From Desulfocapsa sulfexigens DSM 10523 (GTDB taxonomy: Bacteria > Desulfobacterota > Desulfobulbia > Desulfobulbales > Desulfocapsaceae), in contig NC_020304.1 in the NCBI RefSeq assembly GCF_000341395.1, positions 2,670,001 through 2,702,000 of the forward strand: a stretch of DNA of 32,000 bases, read 5' to 3'. Under the pieces are notes generated by a model. The model saw only the letters and a list, made by a program, of their open reading frames with translations. It searched no databases and was not told the DNA's origin. This document shows positions 18,322-28,148 of this stretch, in pieces (the stretch's first letter is position 1; each line of letters opens with the position of its first letter). The translations under genes were made by a program, and so were the position numbers.

Positions 18322-18541
18322 AAAGAATGTTCGTCATAGAACGTGTGACAATTCTGTTCTAGAATGAGAGTGGTGTGTCCGATCCTTCCGTTGGTGTTTA
18401 TCTTGACCTGTCTCTGTGTGGATCAGTCATTTCCGGTAACGCCTTTTTTGTGGCTTGCTTAGGAGGATTCTGGTTTGCCTTATCCCCGTCTGATAGCTTT
18501 GCCAATAAATTCTATTTTGGTAGACATTTTAATAGCTTACT

Positions 18542-19591
18542 ATGCAACGGAATGATTTTTTAGATTTTTTGAAGGGGAGCCTGATAACATTGGTCTGTAT
18601 TGGTCATGCTAACCAGTATGTTGTCCACCAAGACCGTGACTTTTTTCAAGATCCGTTATTCAAGGCGATATATATGTTTCACATGCCTTTGTTTATGGCA
18701 GTTGCCGGTTATCTTTCCCACCGTGGAATCACGGAGGAAAAAGGCCGATTTTTCTATATTATACGGAGGGCATCCAGTTATTTGCTCCCCATATTTGCTT
18801 GGACGATAATTGAACACAGTTCACGCTATTTTGTGTTTAGCCAACCTGTAAATTTTGATATTATTTTTGGTTATACTGGGTTGGACAGACTTTGGTTTCT
18901 TTGGGCACTTATCGAATCCGTTGTGGTGACAGTATTTGCTACACTGTTTGGTAAATATAGACCCATTATGCTCCTGGTATCTTTTGTGGCGATTCTTGCC
19001 ATACCTGACACATCTCATTTTTATCTGTTGAAGTATGTCTTTCCATTTTTTCTGTTTGGTTTCTATTTGGCCGGGAGTAATCTTAAACGAATTGTGATAA
19101 CCAACATTCAATGGCTGGTGTTACTGTCAGCAGTTGCAAGTCTACTTTGTTTTTTTATATGGGATCAGCATACCTATATATACATTTCTAAAATGTCACT
19201 TACATCTGAGAATATCCCTAATATTGTGTTTCGCTGGGTGGCCGGGGGAGTTGCTTCTCTGTTTTTTGTCTCCTTTCTCTATCTTTCCAATTCTTTTATT
19301 TCAGTAATGGTAAAAAAAATAATCATACTTGCTGGACGAGACTCCATCTATATCTATATTCTTCAGACGTATATATTTCTTTTTCTCTTTGCCCTGGTTT
19401 CGCGGGTTATTCAACCAATCTCTAACATCTTTATTGGGGGCTCATTGTCAATAATTACTGGATGTGTGGTGACTCTATGTAGTTTGTGGATTGGAAATAT
19501 CATCGCTCAGAACAGACATCTTGATCGTGTGCTGTTCGGTAAACTCCGACCCAGAAATTCGACCACTACACAAATAAAACAGCTTAATTAA
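18542..19591 (+). CDS. Acyltransferase family 3 membrane protein (O-acetyltransferase)
   Basis: 349 aa; RNDFLDFLKGSLITLVCIGHANQYV...IYMFHMPLFMAVAGYLSHRG; polytopic; RPRNS C-terminus. Confidence 0.85.
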   Translation: MQRNDFLDFLKGSLITLVCIGHANQYVVHQDRDFFQDPLFKAIYMFHMPLFMAVAGYLSHRGITEEKGRFFYIIRRASSYLLPIFAWTIIEHSSRYFVFSQPVNFDIIFGYTGLDRLWFLWALIESVVVTVFATLFGKYRPIMLLVSFVAILAIPDTSHFYLLKYVFPFFLFGFYLAGSNLKRIVITNIQWLVLLSAVASLLCFFIWDQHTYIYISKMSLTSENIPNIVFRWVAGGVASLFFVSFLYLSNSFISVMVKKIIILAGRDSIYIYILQTYIFLFLFALVSRVIQPISNIFIGGSLSIITGCVVTLCSLWIGNIIAQNRHLDRVLFGKLRPRNSTTTQIKQLN

Positions 19592-19623
19592 CAGCGTTAA
19601 TTCCCAATGTAGTCAAAGTAATT

Positions 19624-20814
19624 ATGGAGAATCTAAGGGACAAAGTACTGTTGGTTGTTTCTCAAAATTATGCAAGTTTTGTTAAGGATCAAGTTGAAAG
19701 CATAGCTCCTTATTTCAGGCGTGTGTATGTTCTTGCGGTCACCAGACCTGTGGCAGAAATCTCCAATTTTCTTCCTATACATAGCCTTAAACCATTCAGA
19801 CAGAAAGTGAAAATCAACCTTTCTGAGTTACCTGAAAATGTTACCGTCATTACCACTCCGCTGTATTATCTTCCATTTTCGTTTTGGTATAAAAAAGTTG
19901 GTGAACAGCACCTAAGAGCAGTACGTAAAGCTATTAAAAAGAATGATATTTCTTTTGATATTATCCACTGCCATTTTACCTATTCTTCTGGTTATGTTGG
20001 AAAACGATTAAAGGAAGAGTTTCGGGTTCCGTTAATTGTTACTGCGCACGGATTTGACGTATACGATCTCCCTTTTCGCAATGCTTTTTGGCAAAAAAAG
20101 GTTGCCGCTACTCTTAAAAGTGCAAATAGGATCATCACTGTAAGCAAAAATAATGTGGAATGTATCAGGAGAATTGGGGTAGAAACAGCGGTGGATCTGA
20201 TTCCGAATGGATATCAGAAGAAGCTTTTTTATCCCTTGGGGAAAATTAAGTCTAGAAGGACATTACAATTACCTGAATCAGGGAAGGTAATTGTATCAGT
20301 TGGAAACTTGATTGCTGTGAAAGGACACAAGTATCTTGTTGAAGCTGTATCTGGATTGCAAAAACAGCACAAGGACCTTTTCTGTTATATAATTGGCAGC
20401 GGAGGATGCAGAAAGCAGTTAGAAGCACAAATAAGCAGGCTTGGGCTTGGGGAAAAAGTCATTCTGGTTGGTGCGCTAAGACATGATGAAATAAACACCT
20501 GGCTTGGCGCTGCTGATATGTTTGTGTTACCAAGTCTTAAAGAGGGCAATCCTACCGTACTCTTTGAATCTCTGGCTTGTGGCTGTCCTTTTATCAGTGC
20601 TCATGTTGGTGGTGTTTCTGAAATAATAGATGATGAGAAACTCGGGTACCTTTTTCATCCAGGAAATGTTAAGGATATGGAGGTTGCTCTGGGGAAAGCT
20701 TTGACCAGGCATTGGGATAAGGAATATATTATTGAAAAATCTCAGGCCTATTCTTGGGAATGTATCGCCGTTGAGATTGTGAAGAGCTACGGTGCTGTTT
20801 TAGAGTCCTGTTGA
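19624..20814 (+). CDS. Glycosyltransferase family 4 (GT-B)
   Basis: 396 aa; IIHCHFTYSSGYVGKRLKEEFRVPLIVTAHGFDVY, ANRIITVSKNNVE, DLIPNGYQKKLFYP, VGNLIAVKGHKYLVEA, ADMFVLPSLKEGNPTVLFESLACGCPFISAHVGGVSEII. Confidence 0.93.
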   Translation: MENLRDKVLLVVSQNYASFVKDQVESIAPYFRRVYVLAVTRPVAEISNFLPIHSLKPFRQKVKINLSELPENVTVITTPLYYLPFSFWYKKVGEQHLRAVRKAIKKNDISFDIIHCHFTYSSGYVGKRLKEEFRVPLIVTAHGFDVYDLPFRNAFWQKKVAATLKSANRIITVSKNNVECIRRIGVETAVDLIPNGYQKKLFYPLGKIKSRRTLQLPESGKVIVSVGNLIAVKGHKYLVEAVSGLQKQHKDLFCYIIGSGGCRKQLEAQISRLGLGEKVILVGALRHDEINTWLGAADMFVLPSLKEGNPTVLFESLACGCPFISAHVGGVSEIIDDEKLGYLFHPGNVKDMEVALGKALTRHWDKEYIIEKSQAYSWECIAVEIVKSYGAVLESC

Positions 20815-20832
20815 TTGTTTGAAGGTGAATAA

Positions 20833-21933
20833 TTGAAAATAATTACCGTTGTGGGGGCGCGACCTCAATTTATTAAAGCAGCTGCAGTAAGCCGGGCAAT
20901 CATTGAGCACAATCAAAACAACCGTTTTGCAATACAGGAAAATATTCTTCATACTGGTCAGCATTATGACGAGAAGATGTCATCTGTCTTCTTTGACCAG
21001 TTAGAAATTCCAAAACCAAAGTACAATCTTGGAATAACTGAAAAGACCCACGGAGCTATGACAGGGAAGATGCTTGAACAGATTGAAACTGTACTAATGA
21101 AAGAAGCTCCGGATATCCTTCTCGTTTATGGTGATACTAATTCTACCTTGGCCGGGGCTCTTGCCGCATCGAAGTTACATATTCCTGTTGCCCATGTTGA
21201 GGCAGGGTTACGTTCTTTTAATAGGGCTATGCCGGAAGAAGTGAACAGGGTTCTTACCGATCATATCTCTGATTTCCTGTTTTGCCCTACTCAGACAGCC
21301 GTCAGCAATCTCCACAATGAAGGTGTTGTTGAACACATACACAACGTTGGTGACGTGATGTATGATGTCACTCTGATGTATCGAGAGAAAGCCGAAAAGC
21401 AATACACTTTAAGTAACTGGGGAGTTGGTGAAAAAGGATATGTTTTATGTACTGTTCATCGTGCTGAAAATACTGATGATAAAAAGCGATTGCAGGATGT
21501 TTTTCTGGCTTTGAACGAGATGGCTCATGATATTCCAGTTATATTGCCACTGCACCCCAGAACTCATAAGATGTTATGTGAATATGGGCTTGAGCATTTG
21601 CTTAAAAAACTGCAGGTGATAGAACCGCTATCTTACCTGGAAATGACCCGTCTGGAGATGTCAGCAAAAGCGATTGTTACTGACTCTGGTGGCATACAGA
21701 AAGAGGCGTATTTCCATAGAGTTCCCTGTCTGACATTACGTGATGAGACTGAATGGATTGAAACCGTTGCCATGGGATGTAATTTTCTCTGTGGAGCAGA
21801 GAGAAAAACAATTCTTGCAGGTTGGGCTTCCATTGCGAACAGTGATAATGTTTTTGCAACTGTGGATGAGCAAGGTGAATTGCCGTACGGTAACGGTTTT
21901 GCGTCCAGATTGATCGTAGAGAAGTTGTTATAG
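20833..21933 (+). CDS. Non-hydrolysing UDP-sugar 2-epimerase (WecB/WbpI-type)
   Basis: 366 aa; VVGARPQFIKAAAVSRAI, LHTGQHYDEKMSSVFF, VYGDTNSTLAGALAASKLHIPVAHVEAGLRSFNRAMPEEVNRVLTDHISDFLFCPT, LRDETEWIETVAMGCNFLCG. Confidence 0.93.
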   Translation: MKIITVVGARPQFIKAAAVSRAIIEHNQNNRFAIQENILHTGQHYDEKMSSVFFDQLEIPKPKYNLGITEKTHGAMTGKMLEQIETVLMKEAPDILLVYGDTNSTLAGALAASKLHIPVAHVEAGLRSFNRAMPEEVNRVLTDHISDFLFCPTQTAVSNLHNEGVVEHIHNVGDVMYDVTLMYREKAEKQYTLSNWGVGEKGYVLCTVHRAENTDDKKRLQDVFLALNEMAHDIPVILPLHPRTHKMLCEYGLEHLLKKLQVIEPLSYLEMTRLEMSAKAIVTDSGGIQKEAYFHRVPCLTLRDETEWIETVAMGCNFLCGAERKTILAGWASIANSDNVFATVDEQGELPYGNGFASRLIVEKLL

Positions 21934-21980
21934 AGCTAGTCTGTGATTTATTAAGACTTCAAACCAGTAGAAGGAATAAA

Positions 21981-21999
21981 ACACTTTTTGAAAAAGTGT
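21981..21999. repeat. Perfect 19-bp inverted repeat ACACTTTTT-G-AAAAAGTGT in the intergenic region before pseB
   Basis: Direct reading: 21981-21989 acacttttt, 21990 g, 21991-21999 aaaaagtgt. Confidence 0.7.
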
Positions 22000-22019
22000 A
22001 TAAGATAAATTTTTATTAG

Positions 22020-24187
<2,168 letters not shown>

Positions 24188-24410
24188 CTTTTAGTAAAAC
24201 CAGGCAGCATTTCACCTCCCTGATACTATCCTTAAATCCACGCAATTATATTGTACACTGTTACGATGGAGAGACAAGCGTAAAACTATTTTAATAAGCA
24301 CTGTCGCCGTTATATGATCAGGGGAGCCCCAATTGTAGGTGGCTTGGCGATGATGCCTTTGAGCCATTAGGGGAATTGATGATTGTATTTTGCAGAGTGT
24401 TGAGGAAAAA

Positions 24411-25121
24411 ATGAAGAATTTAGCGATAATACCTGCGAGAGGAGGAAGCAAAAGGATACCGAAAAAAAATGTTAAACTATTTTTAGGAAAACCAATTATT
24501 GCCTACTCAATAGAAGTTGCCATTGAATCCGGACTCTTTGACGAAGTGATTGTCTCCACTGATGACCAGGAAATTTCTCGAATTTCGCAAAAATATGGTG
24601 CTAAGGTACCATTTATGAGAAGTGAAGAAAATTCAAATGATTTCGCAATATTAAATGATGTTTTAACTGAAGTTGTTGAAGAGTACTCAAAACGTGAGAT
24701 TGTATTTGATAATGTTTGTATCATTTTAGCCACAGCCCCCTTGATAACAGTTCGCAGTTTGAAGGAATCATATGATTTGATGCATAACAAAGGGTTTGAT
24801 TCGGTTAGACCAGTAGTGAAATTTTCATATCCCATTCAAAGAGCTTTTAAAATGGATGCAACTGGTAAGGTTGAAATGATGCACCCTCAAAATTATAGTA
24901 TGAGGTCTCAAGACCTTGAACCAGCGTACCACGATTCTGGTCAATTTTACTGGATTAATCAAGGTAAGGATCTATTAGATCCCAATAAGGGAGCCTTTGT
25001 GATATCGGAAATGCTTGTTCAGGATATTGACGATGCGGATGATTGGGCACTGGCTGAACTGAAATACAGGCATTTAAACAGGAAGAATGACAATGAATTG
25101 TTACATTCGGGCGGATGCTAA
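24411..25121 (+). CDS. pseF: CMP-pseudaminic acid synthetase, PseF (cytidylyltransferase)
   Basis: Within ORF 24390..25121; ATG at 24411 preceded by GAGG. MKNLAIIPARGGSKRIPKKNVKLFLGKPIIAYSIEVAIESGLFDEVIVSTDDQEI...AYHDSGQFYWINQ. Confidence 0.92.
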   Translation: MKNLAIIPARGGSKRIPKKNVKLFLGKPIIAYSIEVAIESGLFDEVIVSTDDQEISRISQKYGAKVPFMRSEENSNDFAILNDVLTEVVEEYSKREIVFDNVCIILATAPLITVRSLKESYDLMHNKGFDSVRPVVKFSYPIQRAFKMDATGKVEMMHPQNYSMRSQDLEPAYHDSGQFYWINQGKDLLDPNKGAFVISEMLVQDIDDADDWALAELKYRHLNRKNDNELLHSGGC

Positions 25122-26121
25122 CGAAATAATAGGCATAGGCCACCTGGTAAGAACTGAAATATTGGCTGATGAATTGAGTGGAAGAGGTTTTGATGTAACG
25201 TTTCTTTGTAAAACAATTCCGGAAAAATTTTGTCAGAAGATCCTTCTTAAGGGGTACCGAGTTGAGATGGTCCCTTTGTTGGGTAAAGAATTGCCATATA
25301 TTACAGAGGTAATATTAAATTCTGATCAGAATGTACTGGTTGTTGATAGTGATATAGAGGAGTTTTATACAGAAGAGTTTCAAAGAACTATTCGACGGAA
25401 TAACATCAGACTAATGATGATTACTTTTTACAATCAGTATCATTATTATGCAGACGTTGTACTAAATCAAAATATAATGGCTCTTTCGCAAACGTATGAT
25501 AGCGAAGTGTATACTCAAAAACTATTGGGCCCCCAATACGTCATTCTTAAAGCTGAATATCAAAAAATATCTAAGAACCTCTCCCACTATAAGAACAAGT
25601 TAGATGGTAAAACGGTACTGCTGACCTTTGGTGGCATTGATGAGCCTGATCGAACCAGTTTTGTTTACAAATCTTTAATTAAGACCCTGCACTCCCCTGC
25701 GAAAATAATTATTGTTTTAGGGGCAATGTACAAATATAAAGCAGACCTTGAAAAAATAATAGAAATTTCACCTATAAAAACAGAGGTATATCAGGACACT
25801 CCCCAAATGCCCTATTTGTTAGCGGAGGCAAATATCGTATTTAATTCTGGTGGATTGACCGTCTGGGAGTCGGGAGCTTTGGGCGCTCTCAATATAATAA
25901 TGGGTTATAGTGAAAGAGAGAAGATAGGAGGACTGTATGCCGGGGAAAATGGGTACGCAATTTATCTTGGTTCTAAGCAGGATTATTCTGTTCAAAGTTT
26001 AGCAGATACAATCGATACTATTTTATGTCAAAATAATCAGAAATATATCTCCAAGCTGAGTGAGTGTATTGATGTGTATGGCGTTAATAAGGTGGCTGAT
26101 GTAATAGAAAACATTCTATAA
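25087..26121 (+). CDS. pseG: UDP-2,4-diacetamido-2,4,6-trideoxy-beta-L-altropyranose hydrolase, PseG-like
   Basis: 344 aa; CYIRADANEIIGIGHLVRTEILADELSGRGFDVTFLCKTI; C-terminal TPQMPYLLAEANIVFNSGGLTVWESGALGALNI. Overlaps the pseF 3' end by about 30 nt. No C-terminal GNAT (PseH) domain. Confidence 0.9.
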   Translation: MTMNCYIRADANEIIGIGHLVRTEILADELSGRGFDVTFLCKTIPEKFCQKILLKGYRVEMVPLLGKELPYITEVILNSDQNVLVVDSDIEEFYTEEFQRTIRRNNIRLMMITFYNQYHYYADVVLNQNIMALSQTYDSEVYTQKLLGPQYVILKAEYQKISKNLSHYKNKLDGKTVLLTFGGIDEPDRTSFVYKSLIKTLHSPAKIIIVLGAMYKYKADLEKIIEISPIKTEVYQDTPQMPYLLAEANIVFNSGGLTVWESGALGALNIIMGYSEREKIGGLYAGENGYAIYLGSKQDYSVQSLADTIDTILCQNNQKYISKLSECIDVYGVNKVADVIENIL

Positions 26122-26184
26122 TCTTAAATGTGATGCGTTTCATGCTGCAGTACACAAATGCTGGAATATGAATTACGGGTAACT

Positions 26185-26203
26185 CTGCTGCCGCTTTCAG
26201 CAG
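26185..26203. repeat. Short inverted repeat CTGCTG-ccgcttt-CAGCAG between pseG and the sulfotransferase gene
   Basis: 6-bp stem with 7-nt loop, read directly; followed by an AT-rich stretch (gaataatttt). Confidence 0.5.
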
Positions 26204-26224
26204 GAATAATTTTAGGAAAAATCA

Positions 26225-27196
26225 GTGCAGATGGATAGTCAAAATAAAAATAGAACCGAAATATACAGGAAGGATCGTAGTGCTGAAAATCTTTTTGAAA
26301 TAATGAATAAAGCACTTATTTCAACGGAGAAGGAGTTTATAGAAGGATTTGACGTCCCGATTCATCCTGTTATTTTTATCGTCGGAGCCCAAAGGTCTGG
26401 GACAACTCTTTTGATGCAATTAATGACCCAATATTTTGCCCTCTCGTACCCGAATAATTTTATAGCAAGGTACTGGGATGTCCCTTTTGTTGGGGCGATG
26501 CTTTATAAAAGCTTATCTAAAGACATTGTTGTAGAAAAGCCCAATTTAAATTCTGATCTGGGATATACGCAGGGGATTGAAGGGCCCCACGAGTTTGGGT
26601 ATTTTTGGAGGAAATGGCTTCCATGGGAGAGTTGGGAAGAAAAGAATGACAGTCAGATGGATTATACGGTCTTTAAGAAACAGTTGGCCGCATGGGAGAG
26701 TATAAATAATACACCAATAATATTCAAAAATTTAATACAGGTTGATTTTAACATTCTGACAATTAAAGAAATATTACCAAATGCAGTTTTCATATTTCTA
26801 GAAAGAGATCTTGTATACAATGTACAGTCTACCTACCAATCAAGACTGAGACTATTTGGAGATGATAGAGAGTGGTTTGGAGTAAAACCTCCGCGGTTTC
26901 ATGAATATCAGAAACTACCCGTACTGGAGCAGATTGCTTGTCAAATAATTGATACAAATCATGCAATACGAGAGCAATTAGATAAGGGGGGTGATTGTGA
27001 CGCTGTGACGGTTAGTTACGAAAATTTAATTTTAAATCCTAAGGCAGAACTTGATAGAATAGGGAAAAAACTCCACTTAGAATTAAAGGATAATGTTGAT
27101 TGTTTTGAGGCAGAAGTTACATCAGGAAATAGTGTGAAAGTGGATAGAGCAATATTTGAAAAGATAGAAAAAATATGTAAAAAGATGAAACGTTAA
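26225..27196 (+). CDS. Sulfotransferase-family protein (likely start ATG 26231)
   Basis: 323 aa; 5'-PSB-like PAPS-binding loop FIVGAQRSGTTLLMQLMTQY; 3'-PB-like region AVFIFLERDLVYNVQSTYQSRLRLFGD. Confidence 0.8.
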   Translation: MQMDSQNKNRTEIYRKDRSAENLFEIMNKALISTEKEFIEGFDVPIHPVIFIVGAQRSGTTLLMQLMTQYFALSYPNNFIARYWDVPFVGAMLYKSLSKDIVVEKPNLNSDLGYTQGIEGPHEFGYFWRKWLPWESWEEKNDSQMDYTVFKKQLAAWESINNTPIIFKNLIQVDFNILTIKEILPNAVFIFLERDLVYNVQSTYQSRLRLFGDDREWFGVKPPRFHEYQKLPVLEQIACQIIDTNHAIREQLDKGGDCDAVTVSYENLILNPKAELDRIGKKLHLELKDNVDCFEAEVTSGNSVKVDRAIFEKIEKICKKMKR

Positions 27197-27197
27197 G

Positions 27198-28148
27198 ATG
27201 GAAACAGTTATTGAGAATAGAGCGTCATTTGTTCTGTATAATGTGATACTTTCAAATATGTTACATAAAGGTATTATGTTACTTCCTGCAAATATTTGTC
27301 CTATCGTTCCTGCTACTTTATTCAAAACAAATACTAAGTTCGAATTTGTAGATATTAATGCTGAGACCCTGTTGGTTGACTGTGATTCAATTATCAGAAG
27401 AATTAGGAACTCAGGTGATGTGGCGTCAATATTGGTTAACAGTACCTTTGGGTTTGACAGTGATTTCGAAACATTCTTCAATGATGTCAAATCAATAAAC
27501 GAAGATATCTTAATTATAAATGATAAATGTTTGAATATTCCTAGTGTGGAATCTGTGGTTACGAGTGCTGATGTCGTTTTATTTAGCACAGGGTATTCAA
27601 AATATGTTGATTTTTCCGTGGGAGGGTACGCTTTTACTAAAAAAGAGGTGAATTATATTAGAGAAAGTATCCCCTATAGAGAAGAAGATCATGATGTTTT
27701 AGTAAGGTCATTTGAAAGTGCTTTAAACAAAAATTCTGTATATGGTTACTCAGATTCAGACTGGTTGGATGGAACATTTTTAGATCAGGGTAAAAAAGAA
27801 TATTTTAAGAATATTGTTGATCGAGTAGAGGAAATAGCCAGGCACAAAAAGATAATTAATAATATTTACAGAGAGAACCTAAAAACAGGAATTTCTCTGG
27901 GAAATGGATATAATGATTGGCGATATACTGTTGTAGTAAATAATAAAGAGGAAGTTTTGAATGAAATATTTAAAAATAATTTATTTGCTAGTTCTCATTA
28001 CCAATCATTAGTCGGAATTTTCGGGGGGGGCAAGGGAGTGAATGCAGAACAGTTGCATTGCAAGGTGATCAACCTTTTTAATGACTTCCGATTTTCTGAA
28101 GAACAGGCCTATTCTATCACAAAAATTATTAACAAATATGCGAAATAG
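27198..28148 (+). CDS. Compact, divergent DegT/DnrJ/EryC1-like PLP-fold protein
   Basis: 316 aa; LLPANICPIVPATLFKTNTKFEFVDINAETLLVDCDSI (aligns with PxxTFxAT...PvFvDid), ILIINDKCLNIPS (Asp position), VLFSTGYSKYVDFSVGGYAFTKK (candidate PLP Lys followed by GG). Lacks the N-terminal VNSGTxAL segment. Confidence 0.62.
   Translation: METVIENRASFVLYNVILSNMLHKGIMLLPANICPIVPATLFKTNTKFEFVDINAETLLVDCDSIIRRIRNSGDVASILVNSTFGFDSDFETFFNDVKSINEDILIINDKCLNIPSVESVVTSADVVLFSTGYSKYVDFSVGGYAFTKKEVNYIRESIPYREEDHDVLVRSFESALNKNSVYGYSDSDWLDGTFLDQGKKEYFKNIVDRVEEIARHKKIINNIYRENLKTGISLGNGYNDWRYTVVVNNKEEVLNEIFKNNLFASSHYQSLVGIFGGGKGVNAEQLHCKVINLFNDFRFSEEQAYSITKIINKYAK

Noticed and set aside
18375-18563. 62-aa ORF before the acyltransferase gene.
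   Set aside because: Non-ATG-like context, overlaps the acyltransferase start, hydrophobic but without family motifs; gap region is probably leader or spacer.
27198-28148. Considered calling this a WbpE-type aminotransferase to complete the WbpB/WbpD pathway.
   Set aside because: It lacks the N-terminal VNSGTxAL region present in WbpE/PseC and is too divergent; its linkage is to pseI and the ATP-grasp gene, not to the WbpB-WbpD fusion.
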